This document shows, piece after piece, positions 50,479-60,476 of a stretch of 64,000 bases of DNA. The stretch's first letter is position 1; each line of letters starts with the position of its first letter. The notes beneath the pieces were generated by a model. The model was not told the DNA's origin, ran no database searches, and was given only the letters and a program-made list of their open reading frames with translations. A program made the position numbers and the translations under genes. The stretch covers positions 224,001-288,000 of the forward strand of contig CAWIIP010000004.1 in NCBI GenBank assembly GCA_963836235.1. Reading direction: 5' to 3'. Source of the DNA: an uncultured Pseudomonadota bacterium. Its GTDB lineage: Bacteria > Oederibacteriota > Muellerivitia > Muellerivitales > Muellerivitaceae.

Positions 50479-51414
50479 ATGCGAAAAAGTAAGGGCGATT
50501 CGTGGGTTCCGTCCGATGTTTTACGGGAAGTTCGGGGCGTCCTCCTCCTTGTCTTGGGCCTTAACCTGACGATTTGCGTCGGCAAGTTGATAGTAGGTTG
50601 GTCCGTGGCCTCCCTTTCTATGGTGGCCGATGGTTTTCATTCCCTGATGGATGCCATGGCCAATGGGTTGGGTTTGGCCAGCGTATGGATCGCCGCAAAA
50701 CCCGCCGACAAAGACCACCCTTATGGTCATCAAAAGTTTGAGGTTTTGGCGGCCCTGGGAACGGCGGTTTTGATGGGGGTGGCCTGCGTTGAGATTTTGG
50801 CGGACGCCTTGAGGCATCTTGGAACAGCTGCGGCCTTGCCCCACCCTAGTCCGCTTTCTTTTTTCGTTATGGGAGGAACGATGGTCATCAATGGCTGGAT
50901 CTCCTGGTACGAGTCCCGGAAGGGCCAGAAACTCCAAAGCCCCCTTCTGGCGGCAGATAGCGCCCACAACGGAAGCGACTTGCTTTCATCGGCTTCGGTC
51001 TTGGCCGCTTTGGCGGGAGCAAAACTGGGTTGGGGTTGGGCCGATTTGGGAGCGGCTGTCCTAGTGGTGGCAGTGGTAGGGAGGGCTGCTTGGGGAATAT
51101 TAAACCAGGCCCAGCAGGTTTTGGCCGACCACATCATGGTGGACCCCGCTCGGGTTATTCGGGCCGTCAAGGCCGTACGGGGAATCCTTTCCTGCAACAA
51201 GGTGAGGAGCCGTGGAATGCCGGGAAATGTTTTCGTGGATCTGCATGTCCAGGTATCGCCCCGATTAACCACCTTGAAGGCCCACGGCCTCACCCATCAG
51301 GCGATGGAAGCGGTCAAAAGGGCCGTTCCGGGAGTTAAAGAGGTTTTCGTCCATACCGAACCTCCCGAACTGCCTTCGAAATTAAGGAAATCCGCGGGGA
51401 TACCTCATCTATGA
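50479..51414 (+). CDS. cation diffusion facilitator (FieF-like)
   Basis: ADGFHSLMD, PADKDHPYGHQKFE, DLHVQV, VHTEP. Confidence 0.92.
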   Translation: MRKSKGDSWVPSDVLREVRGVLLLVLGLNLTICVGKLIVGWSVASLSMVADGFHSLMDAMANGLGLASVWIAAKPADKDHPYGHQKFEVLAALGTAVLMGVACVEILADALRHLGTAAALPHPSPLSFFVMGGTMVINGWISWYESRKGQKLQSPLLAADSAHNGSDLLSSASVLAALAGAKLGWGWADLGAAVLVVAVVGRAAWGILNQAQQVLADHIMVDPARVIRAVKAVRGILSCNKVRSRGMPGNVFVDLHVQVSPRLTTLKAHGLTHQAMEAVKRAVPGVKEVFVHTEPPELPSKLRKSAGIPHL

Positions 51415-51425
51415 TTCGCGTCATA
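51410..51425. promoter_or_regulatory. Crp/Fnr-type box
   Basis: TATGATTCGCGTCATA; TTTAAT at 51448. Confidence 0.7.
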
Positions 51426-51534
51426 AAGGGTTTAACGGGAATGACTGTTTAATGGGTCTTTGTTTAGGCATGGTATTTTTTGAAGGACGGCTTCCAAATG
51501 CGCATGTTCTTTTTTGAATTTCAAAGGAGTTTTA

Positions 51535-52985
51535 ATGACAGAACCAATGATCATCCAAGGCGGCATGGGAGTGGCAGTCTCCAATTGGAGACTGGCCCAG
51601 GCCGTGTCCCGAACGGGACAATTAGGCGTGGTCTCGGGGACGGCCCTCGAAAATGTCCTGGCCCGCCGGCTTCAATTGGGGGACCCGGATGATTCTCTTC
51701 GCCGTGCCCTGAGACATTTTCCAAACCCCGCCATCGCCCAAAGGATATTAGACCGTTACTTCATTCCCGGCGGAAAGGCCGAGGGGGTTGCTTTCAAGAA
51801 CTCGCCCATGTTTTCCCTGAACTCACCCCGGGAGTTGGTTGAGCTGACGGTCGCGGCCAATTTCGTCGAGGTATTCTTGGCGAAAGAAGGGCACCGGGGG
51901 CCGGTCGGTGTCAACTATCTGGAGAAAATCCAGCTTCCCACCCTGCCCTCGCTTTATGGCTCGCTTTTGGCGGGTGTGGATTATGTGCTGATGGGGGCGG
52001 GAATACCCCGATCCATTCCCGGCATTCTGGATCAGCTGGTTTTGCACCAGAAAGTATCCTTGAAGATCAATGTCCATGGCGCCGCCGCGGAGGACGATTA
52101 TCAGGCGACCTTCGATCCGAAAGACATCATTGAATCGCCCGGCGCGGTCTTGAAAAGACCCAAATTTATCGCCATCGTCTCCTCCGAAGTATTGGCCATC
52201 AACTTGGCCCGAAAATCATCCGGAAAGGTAGACGGGTTTGTCATTGAGGACCCCAGCGCTGGGGGACACAACGCTCCCCCAAGAGGGCCCCTCCATTTAA
52301 GCGACAAGGGCGAACCGCTTTACGGGCCCAAGGATAAGGTGGATTTGGAAGCCTTCCGAAAACTGGGCTTGCCTTTCTGGCTGGCCGGATCCTGCGCCGA
52401 TCCCAAAAAACTCAAGGACGCCATTTCCCAAGGCGCCACCGGTATCCAGGTAGGAACCGTATTCGCCTATTGCGAGGAATCGGGGCTTATGGACCGGATC
52501 AAACACAGAGTTTTGGCGAAAACCTTGAGGGGAAGGGAGGAAGTTTTCACCGATCCCCAGGCTTCTCCCACGGGCTTTCCCTTTAAGATTGTGCAGTTTG
52601 GAAGGAACCCTATCCGAGGAGAAAGAATATAAGGCCCGGCCAAGGGCCTGTGACCTGGGTTACCTTCGGACCGCCTTCAAGCGCAAAGACGGGACGGTGG
52701 GTTACCGCTGTCCGGGGGAACCGAAGGGAAGTTTACCTCCAAAAAGAGGGCAAGGAAGAGGATATGGATGGCCGCAAGTGCATCTGCAACGGCTTGATGG
52801 CCGGCGTCGGGCTAGGCCAAAAACAAAAGGGCGGATACCAGGAAAAGCCTTTAGTGACCTCGGGGGACGACCTTGCCCGCATCGTCACCTTCCTCAAGGG
52901 AGACAAACTTTCCTACAGCGCCCAGGATGTCATCCAATACCTATTGGGGGCTTTTACGGTGGGGTTAGGACCCGTCACCGCTTAA
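51535..52985 (+). CDS. nitronate monooxygenase-family flavoprotein, two +1 frameshifts (TTT 52597, GGG 52726; probably errors)
   Basis: IIQGGMGVAVS, AGGHNAPPRG, SPTGFPFK, then CDLGYLR..CP.EP and RKCICNGL in successive frames. Confidence 0.85.
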
Positions 52986-53015
52986 GTGTTTTCGGCTTCT
53001 CCCGCAGACCCCTAT

Positions 53016-53493
53016 CGGCCAGCCGGGAGGTACGATACTCGAAATACCTCAAATTCCCTTATTTGAATTGTTAGCGTCGCTAACAATTACCCCCCCTATT
53101 CTTCCAATTTCCACCCTGTCCTCCGGCTTAGGCCAAATTCCCTTATTTTAATTGTCCGAGTGTCGGACAATTAAAACCCTAGCTCCGGGGTTTAAGAGGG
53201 GAGGGAACCCCGCTACCCGGGTTACCTCACCTCAGAGCGGCCAGCCGGGAGGCTCAATCCCCGTAATACCGAAAATTCCCTTATTTTGAGAATTGCAAAT
53301 TGCAAGAACTGCCACCCCTATCCTTCCAATAAATGGCAACCAGACTTTAAAAAGTTCCCGCGGGGAACTTTTGGCTCCCGAAAGTTCCAATTTCTTATTC
53401 CGGTGGAACATAGCTACCCAGCCACCCTATCCTCACCCGTCTATCGGACACTATCGGACAACGTGGCCGATAGTGTCCGATACTGTCCGATAG
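53016..53493. repeat. mosaic repeat/palindrome array
   Basis: AAATTCCCTTATTT x3, CGGCCAGCCGGGAGG x2, three 23-bp palindromes, TATCGGACA/TGTCCGATA cluster. Confidence 0.7.
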
Positions 53494-54269
53494 AAATGCC
53501 CCCTTTTTAAGGGTTTCATAAAGGCCATAATTCTAACGACCATAATTGCCGTGACTCGGATAGGATTATGGCCGTTATGGGAATGATTTGGCCGATAGAC
53601 GGACAGGGCTTGGCCCCTGTGCCGAAACCACCAGTTGAGGCACTAGCTTTGGGTGCGCCAGGCCATAGGTAAAAAAGGCACGGTGCTGTTCCGGTTGAGA
53701 ATGCGAGGGCTTTGTCTGACACTCCGTAGGCCAAGGCATTCTGTATAGCCCCCAAAGGGGATAGAATCAGATCGTTTCAAGAGGGCTTGGAACGAAATGG
53801 AAAATGGAAGCCAGGCACCTTTTTTTTACAACATGCAACGATTTACGTACTTAATGGGACGAACGCGTCCAGAGGCAGTGAACGCATAGATTTCAAGGAC
53901 TTTGGGGGCCAAGGAAAGGTTCTGGGAATAGCCAAGGGGAGATTCCGGGCCATAAATTTCCACGAATTCCCTTGGTGGAGTGTTGCAAACTGGTTTGAGG
54001 TGACCGTAAAGCCTTCAAAAAGGAATTTTTAGAGGTGCCCTTAATAGATAATTTTAAAAAAAAGATAAGAGATGCGTTGCATAAAGGCGAATAAAAAAGC
54101 TCTGCTCCTTTCTGGAGTCAAGGGGGCCAGACATATAGATTGTACTTTAGAAATTGCCCTCTCCCCCATGCGGTCCGATCTCGTTTTTCTTAGTTATTCT
54201 GGGCGTGTCATCTTGTTCATTCGGTAGGATAATCATCCAATTTTGAATCATCTTTAAAGCGATCTATAT

Positions 54270-55656
54270 ATGAGCCCTCAAGAAAAATCTAAAGCCGAAA
54301 ATGGAATTTTTGCCTCTTCGGAAAAATCCAAACGAACCATGAAATTTATACCTTTTATTTTTCTAGGGTATTTAGCATTTGCGAGTTGGGGAGTGTGGGT
54401 GATCTATGAAAGAGTTGGCGCCACCCCCAGGGTTATATTTCTTGTTTCCTTGAACGTTTTAATGTTTTTTTATTTATTCATAAGTATTTATGGTTTTAAG
54501 AATCGTCAAAGACGTTTTGAACTATCTTCTGACGGACTTACTTGTGTTGAGGGAAACGGGGAAAGAATAGTGGCTCCATGGGATCAGATTGGGCAGTTAA
54601 AGGAACCCATGGACGGAGGGGGCTTTAACTCTGTTTGACAAGGCTGGCAAGAAGATTTTCACCATTTCCACGATGCTAGTGGAGGGGTTTGAACAACTTA
54701 AAAATCGGGTTTATGACGAATTCGACAAAAGGAATCCCAAGTCTAATGCAAATGTTTTGGTTTATCCCATGGCTTCATCCGCTCGGACAATTTTCATGTT
54801 CGGCGGAGTCTTTTTTCTCCTTTTCTTTATTTTCACGGTTGCGGATGTTGTTTATGAGACCTTCCATCCATCATCCCATATTGCTCATCCATGGGTGATG
54901 CTGGGGATACTTTACGTTGGATGCCCTTTTTGGGCAGGGTGTGCTTATTACTGCCTCATTCATGGATTGAAAGTCAGCAAAAGTAAGATTGAACTGAGCG
55001 ACGCGGGGATTGCCCGTTTAGAAAAGGATGGCAGTAAGGTTTTTATCCGGTGGGATGATGTGGCGAGGCTGACGAAAAGGGAAAGGATGAAACAGATCGG
55101 GGTTTACGGCCTTTCTGACAACAAGAAAGTCATGGTCGACTTTCAATTTGAAAGGTTTGAACAAATTAGAGACAGGATTTTGAACGAGTTCGAGAAAAGA
55201 TTCAGACTTCCCTCCATGCCGGTGACTTATGGGTCCCTCCCGGTGTTTCCCAACTCTCTGCCTTTTTTATTCATCGCTACCTTCGTTGGCTTAATTATAT
55301 TGGCTTGGGTGAACGACACCCGGCACCAGACTTGGGCCTTTGTGTTCATTGAACTCATGCTTATAATTTTTTACGCGTTGATTCTTTACGGGGAATCCCG
55401 TCTTGTAAAAACTATCAGCTTGGACGGGCAAGGTTTGACGCTTTATAAGGTGTTCGGAAAAATATTCATTCCTTGGGACAAGTTGGTTGGAATCGATCAA
55501 GAATCTAAAATGGTTCAACATGGCCGGTACTTTCTAGTTAAATTAACTGCGATGGATGGGAAATCCTATCCCTTTGACGACCCCTTGGCCCGCCGACTTG
55601 AAATTTTTATTACCCTGAAAAAACTATTGGAAACGAAGAAAGCCAAGTCTGGTTAG
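54270..55656 (+). CDS. membrane protein with three TM+PH-like repeats; +1 frameshift at G-run 54618-54622
   Basis: Repeated (I/F)ELS.DG(L/I).......I.WD modules across two ORFs. Confidence 0.65.
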
Positions 55657-55818
55657 AAAATTCCACAAGGGTAAAAAAAGTTATAAAATGCTTTTCCGGC
55701 GGTTTGCCAAAACACTTCGCGTGATGTACTCCATGAGGATGGCGTACAGAATTTACTTATATTGGAAGTACTTCTTTGAGTTTTTCCCCGAAAACAACCC
55801 TGGGGTATACCGGATTAG

Positions 55819-56103
55819 TTACGAATGGTGGGAAATTCTTCCGTCGGCGACCTTATGAAGCACGCTGGAAATAAAGGTTTGGTAGGGAACGCCTTCCTCC
55901 ATCGCCTTGAGCTGGATGGCCTTTAGGTCGTATTCGGAAATCCGGATGTTGATACGCTGGTTTTTCTTGAGCGTCTCCCGGGCATAAGCCTCGTATTTCC
56001 TTTTTTCCCCGGAAAGGTTTTTAACGCTCTTCAGCTCGCCGGCCTCGTAGGCCCGGAGGATTTCCTGTTCGTCCTTGGTTAACTTATCTTTCATCTTGTC
56101 CAC
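55819..56103 (-). CDS. BrnA-like/CopG antitoxin (orphaned)
   Basis: EQEIL..YE.GELKSV...RINIRIS..DL..I..KA.EEGVPYQT.ISS.LHK. Confidence 0.85.
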   Translation of the reverse strand: MDKMKDKLTKDEQEILRAYEAGELKSVKNLSGEKRKYEAYARETLKKNQRINIRISEYDLKAIQLKAMEEGVPYQTFISSVLHKVADGRISHHS

Positions 56104-56158
56104 CCCTTTTCAGGTAACGTTGTAAGGCCTTTCGGCTTGGAATGATGGTGATGAGCCT
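56083..56158 (-). pseudogene. C-terminal remnant of a BrnT-like toxin
   Basis: Translates RLITIIPSRKALQRYL, the typical toxin C-terminus; the rest is replaced by relE. Confidence 0.6.
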
Positions 56159-56165
56159 TTGGTTT

Positions 56166-56426
56166 TCACCGGTAAACTTCCCGCCGGTTGCCGATCTTAA
56201 CCACCATCACCGATTTTTCCTCATCGTTTATCGAATAGATCATCCGCCAATCGCCCTGTCGGAGCCGGTATCTTTCCTGGCCTTCCAGTTTTTCACAGCC
56301 GTGGGGCCTGGGCTGATGGGCCAAACTTTTCAGCTTTTCCACGATCTTTTGAATGTCCCGGGCCGGAATGGACCGGAGTTCTTTCTCGGCGCTTTTTTTA
56401 AGCGATACCTTATAGGAGTCCGTCAC
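56166..56426 (-). CDS. relE: RelE/ParE toxin
   Basis: AEKELRSIP, PRPHGCEKLEG..YRLRQGDWRMIY, GNRREVYR. Confidence 0.92.
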   Translation of the reverse strand: MTDSYKVSLKKSAEKELRSIPARDIQKIVEKLKSLAHQPRPHGCEKLEGQERYRLRQGDWRMIYSINDEEKSVMVVKIGNRREVYR

Positions 56427-56634
56427 GCTTAAGGTCTTTCAGGACGGATTCCAGGCTGCGGGAGGGTTCTTTGGAGCGTTTCTCAAAGGCCTCGTAGTCA
56501 GCCGCGTCTTCCCGCAGGGAAAATTTCAAAGCCTCATTCACCAGGTAAGAAAGGGTTTTTTCGGAATGGGCGGCCTTAATCTTCGCGGCCTTGAGAATTT
56601 TAGGATCCAAATAAAGGGTTGCTCTGGTATTCAT
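56410..56634 (-). CDS. RHH/CopG antitoxin
   Basis: RATLYLDP...KAA....S.LVNEAL..EDAAD; overlaps relE. Confidence 0.85.
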   Translation of the reverse strand: MNTRATLYLDPKILKAAKIKAAHSEKTLSYLVNEALKFSLREDAADYEAFEKRSKEPSRSLESVLKDLKRDGLL

Positions 56635-56816
56635 GGAATCACCTCCAAAATCAAATTATCATCATGGTGTTATGACGTCAAGGCGTCATTTCCTGAAAAA
56701 TCAGATTTCTCCCGAGCATCGTCAGCCCGAATCAAAATCCCCATTTGCTCTTCAAAGCCATAATGAAAAAGTTATAAAATACGTCCTGCCAAATAGGATT
56801 CAATAAGGGATGAAAC

Positions 56817-58517
56817 ATGAGGATGGCGTACAAAGTTTACTTATATTGGAAGTACTTCTTTGAGTTTTTCCCCGAAAACAATCCGGGGGTATACCGGAAA
56901 AGTTTTACCTGCATGAGATGGGGCTTGGGGCTGTTTCTTCTTTTCGTTGCCACTTTTATTTGGCCAACGCCCAACTGGCTTTCCTTTGGTTTGCTTTGGG
57001 CCGCGAGGGTGGGGTTGGCTTGGCTGGCTTTTGGCATTGGCTATTTGGCCTTTCATTTCGGGAAGGCCTTGATAGAGGACATCCGGCAATATTACTCGCG
57101 GAAACGCCATAAAAAGTTGGATAAGACCCGCTTTTACGCCTCGCCGATGAAAAGCCACATCCGCCTTCCGGCGGCGGTGGAAGTTCCCATCGCCCGCATC
57201 CAGTTGGGTGAGCCGATTCGAAGATATATCAACCCCGATTCGGTCCAAAGGATGGCTCGTTCCTTGAGCCGGGAGGGGCTTCTCAAACCCATCAAGGTGC
57301 GGCCCCTGACGCCCGCGGAAAAGGCCAATGACCCGGAACACGACCACAAGCTGGTCGGCGGGCAGATAAGGGTTCTGGCGGCGCTTCAAATCGGATGGAC
57401 CCAAATCCGCGCCCATATCCTGGATCTGGGCCCGGATGATGAAGCCTACGAGGCTATATCCGATAACCGGCACCCCCTCACCATTTGGATCAATCAATAC
57501 GAGGAACTTTGGGAGGACATGAAGAAACATCCCACCCTGACGGCAAGGCGGGCGGCTGAGGCCAACGACATAGACCCGAGCGAGGTTGAGGCTTTGCTGG
57601 AGGCGCTGGACCTTTTGACGCCCAGGGCCCGCAAGAGAGTTCGGGAAAGCATCCTGAGCGAGGAGGAGGATTTTATGGAACTGCGCATGGAGCCGATTGA
57701 TAAACACGAGGCCATCGCCCTAGCGGGTTTGACCGGGCTTTGCCATGACCTGGACCTGACCCGGGAGCTGGTGGAAAGGGCCATCGAGGTGAGCATCAAG
57801 GAGGGGATGCAGGCGTTCCATATTTATAAATTAGTGGAATGGATCAAGCAGGGCTATTACCCGGAGGATTACGACAAAGAGAACAATGGCAAACCCCTGC
57901 AAAGTTGGAAGGAGCGGGACAGCGCTGAAGCCGAATGGATCAAACCCGCGGACGGTACGACGCTGACCGTGGCCCCCATCGTTGTCAGCCGGAAGCCCGC
58001 CGGGGAAGGCGAAGGGTCCGTGGGCGAGAGCGGGGGACGGGAGGAGCGAATACCCACGGAAAATATCCGTGAGTCACCCTACGACCAAAGGGTCGTCCAA
58101 GAAGGCGGGTTAAAATCTTACGTCCAATTCATCCACCGGTGCCTGAGGCTCAAGGGCTTGGGGACTTCCCGGAAGAACAATTATGAATGGGGCGCCAGGT
58201 CCGTCATGGCCTGGTACGACCCGGCTCAAAACCACCGGTTTCCTCTGTTTGACCCGGGGCCCGGAAGGATCGAGGAGCCGGTTTATGTTTTTTACATCAC
58301 GAAGGTCGGGGGAAAACCCCTGCGCTGGATCGCCGCGGCGGAGGTAGAGGATATTCTGCGGGGAAACCACATTCGAAGTGAGCCGTTTTGGAAGAAGGAT
58401 TACACCGAATATGTTCAGGCAGGCATCTTGGACCGGCTGGACAAACCGGAGGGCGTCTGGGCCGGGGGCTCCTGCGGTTTCGTGAAGGTTGTTTATGAGG
58501 ATGAAAAAAAACCATGA
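56817..58517 (+). CDS. ParB/Srx-domain protein with N-terminal TM helices
   Basis: Two TM helices; RRYINPDSVQRMARSL..EGLLKPIKVR..LVGGQIRVLAA. Confidence 0.7.
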   Translation: MRMAYKVYLYWKYFFEFFPENNPGVYRKSFTCMRWGLGLFLLFVATFIWPTPNWLSFGLLWAARVGLAWLAFGIGYLAFHFGKALIEDIRQYYSRKRHKKLDKTRFYASPMKSHIRLPAAVEVPIARIQLGEPIRRYINPDSVQRMARSLSREGLLKPIKVRPLTPAEKANDPEHDHKLVGGQIRVLAALQIGWTQIRAHILDLGPDDEAYEAISDNRHPLTIWINQYEELWEDMKKHPTLTARRAAEANDIDPSEVEALLEALDLLTPRARKRVRESILSEEEDFMELRMEPIDKHEAIALAGLTGLCHDLDLTRELVERAIEVSIKEGMQAFHIYKLVEWIKQGYYPEDYDKENNGKPLQSWKERDSAEAEWIKPADGTTLTVAPIVVSRKPAGEGEGSVGESGGREERIPTENIRESPYDQRVVQEGGLKSYVQFIHRCLRLKGLGTSRKNNYEWGARSVMAWYDPAQNHRFPLFDPGPGRIEEPVYVFYITKVGGKPLRWIAAAEVEDILRGNHIRSEPFWKKDYTEYVQAGILDRLDKPEGVWAGGSCGFVKVVYEDEKKP

Positions 58518-58542
58518 GGCGTCTTCGATCAGGCAATAGCTT

Positions 58543-59033
58543 AAACAAAAAAGGCCGGACCCCCAAAGGAGACCGGCTTTTTGTTCCTAAACTTTAGTAC
58601 ATCAGCCGGCGCGGGTCGCGCCGTTGGAACTGGCGGAATATTGATTATTTGCCGTTTCTACGGCAATATCGCAAAAAGGAGGCAACCATGAACGCTTCAC
58701 TGAAGACCACCTTGCGCCTGGACGGGGAACTGTTAAGGCGGGCGAAAAAGTACGCCATCGAGAGGGACGAGTCGCTGGGAGAAGTGATTGAACAGTCCTT
58801 ACAACTTTTTTTAAAGCAAAAGGGGGTCATGGCAAGGCCGGGAGACTCCCATTTTTACCGCTGGGCGGAAACCTTGGCCAAGAAGAAAGGTTTTTCACAC
58901 CTTAAGGAAGCCGATGTCGTCAGGCTCGTTAGGGAAAGCCGCGAAGGGGTCAGGTAACATCTTGAGGCAAACAAAAAAGGCCGGACCCCCAACAGGGCCC
59001 GGCCTTTTCTTCTTAAACTTTAGTACATCAGCC
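58543..59033. repeat. 65-bp direct repeats (58543-58607 and 58969-59033): terminator plus last codons of cyc2
   Basis: AAACAAAAAAGGCCGGACCCCCAA....CCGGC.TTT...TAAACTTTAGTACATCAGCC in both. Confidence 0.9.
58688..58957 (+). CDS. orphan RHH antitoxin-like protein
   Basis: AGGAGG RBS; KTTLRLDGELLRRAKKYAIERDESLGEVIE. Confidence 0.75.
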   Translation: MNASLKTTLRLDGELLRRAKKYAIERDESLGEVIEQSLQLFLKQKGVMARPGDSHFYRWAETLAKKKGFSHLKEADVVRLVRESREGVR

Positions 59034-60393
59034 AAGCCACGACCGACAGGGTATTGTTGTCGGTGGCTTGATCGCCCGCCGCGTCGTAAACACCCGTCGA
59101 GCCGGAGAATTTAGTGAAGTAAATGTATTGAAGGCCCAATTTAGTGTTGTACCAGGGGACGAAATTAAGCTCGGTAATGAAACCCTGGGTATCGGGGGTG
59201 TTGGTGAGATTGCCCGCGTAAGTCATCGCGTCCGCCGAGCCGGTGGTGGAGAAATAACCCAAGCTCAGGCCGATCTTGCGGTCGTAATAATAAGTCGCGT
59301 CCAACTTGACCGCTGTCAGGGTATCGGTGGGGTTGGCGGTGGCTTGAAGGTATCCGTTGGTGTAATCCAAGGTCTGGTTCTCCCAAATGGCTGACCCCTT
59401 CAAGGTGAAGCAATTTTGCTGGCTCACGTACTGGTATTGGGCATCGATTCCAAGGTCGTTAAAGTGGTCCTGGGGCCCCACGATCGGGTTGCCATCGGGA
59501 ATGGAGTGCTCATCCAGGCCGAAAAGGCCGACTTCCACCGAGTTTTTATCAAAATCCTTGGTCAAGGCCACCCGGTAATAGGGAGTAAATCCCTGGATGG
59601 CGTTATAGCTGTTCACCGCGGCTCCGCTAAAACCCTGGGGTGCCGAACGGTAGGCGCAAATTTCAGCGTAAAGAAGCTGGTTCCAGAAAACATAGCCTCC
59701 CAAGCCGCCGACGTTGGTGCCAAGACTTTCCACCTGGGTGCTGGCAAGCGGGGTTTGGGCCGAGTGCCCGGTGAAATAGGGGAAGGACCAGGCCGGGACG
59801 GTATTGAAGACGTCTTGGACGGTCGGATTATTATTGGCGGTCAATCCGTAAACCAAGTCCGTGTTGGCCACCTGGATTCGGTCCGCGAACCTGATGTCGG
59901 TGTTATCCGCGCCCAGGGTCCCTGAGGCGGAATCGTAAGTGACCTGGACGAAGGCTCCCATTTGGGGGGAAATCCTACCCGCGTAAAAGAGGCTGAATTG
60001 GGAAGGAAATTCCAAACTGCCGCTCTTGTCCGAGGCCATATCGGCGGTCCCGGGACCACCGGCGGAAGCGGAACCGGCTAAAGCCGGATTCTTCACGAAG
60101 ACATCGGCGACCTGGAGCATGGCGGCCAGGGGCGGGGTGTTGTTGATCTCCAGACGGGTCCCGTCGGCATCCGAGGCGTCCTTCAATTCGTCGGTGTTCG
60201 TGGTGGTATAGCCGTTGAGCTTGAAGGTTCTCCCGTAGGTCGTCAATTCCGGGAAAATGGTATGGCAAGCCGAGCAGGACATTCCTGTCTGCCGGGCGAA
60301 GCTGGGAAGGGCTTGGGCTGTTGGGGCCAGTCCCGCCATACACAGGGCCATCAGGGCGGCTCCAGTCCAAATTTTTACCGATGTGATACGCAT
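59020..60393 (-). CDS. cyc2: Cyc2-type monoheme cytochrome c-porin fusion
   Basis: ALPSFARQTGMSCSACH..FPELT..GR.FKLNGY N-terminal signature followed by a beta-barrel ending in Tyr. Confidence 0.85.
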   Translation of the reverse strand: MRITSVKIWTGAALMALCMAGLAPTAQALPSFARQTGMSCSACHTIFPELTTYGRTFKLNGYTTTNTDELKDASDADGTRLEINNTPPLAAMLQVADVFVKNPALAGSASAGGPGTADMASDKSGSLEFPSQFSLFYAGRISPQMGAFVQVTYDSASGTLGADNTDIRFADRIQVANTDLVYGLTANNNPTVQDVFNTVPAWSFPYFTGHSAQTPLASTQVESLGTNVGGLGGYVFWNQLLYAEICAYRSAPQGFSGAAVNSYNAIQGFTPYYRVALTKDFDKNSVEVGLFGLDEHSIPDGNPIVGPQDHFNDLGIDAQYQYVSQQNCFTLKGSAIWENQTLDYTNGYLQATANPTDTLTAVKLDATYYYDRKIGLSLGYFSTTGSADAMTYAGNLTNTPDTQGFITELNFVPWYNTKLGLQYIYFTKFSGSTGVYDAAGDQATDNNTLSVVAWLMY

Positions 60394-60476
60394 GTCACCA
60401 CCTCCAAGGTTTTTATTCAACCGACTTTTCCGAATTACTTGTTCATTGACGCGCCACCCGCGCCCGGTCCCTGCTT

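Larger units (their letters stand above)
55733..56898 (+). repeat. 82-bp direct repeats (55733-55814 and 56817-56898) flanking TA genes
   Basis: ATGAGGATGGCGTAC..TTTACTTATATTGGAAGTACTTCTTTGAGTTTTTCCCCGAAAACAA..GGGGTATACCGGA, each preceded by AAAAAGTTATAAAAT. Confidence 0.9.

Noticed and set aside
53016-53400. CRISPR array or integron attC cassette array
   Set aside because: Irregular spacing, short repeats, no GTTRRRY/RYYYAAC pairs and no integron integrase
53286-54032. Short ORFs in the palindrome region
   Set aside because: No RBS or motifs, and they overlap repeat DNA
56670-56690. Additional Crp/Fnr box (TATGACGTCAAGGCGTCAT)
   Set aside because: Wrong half-site spacing; more likely the TA autoregulatory operator
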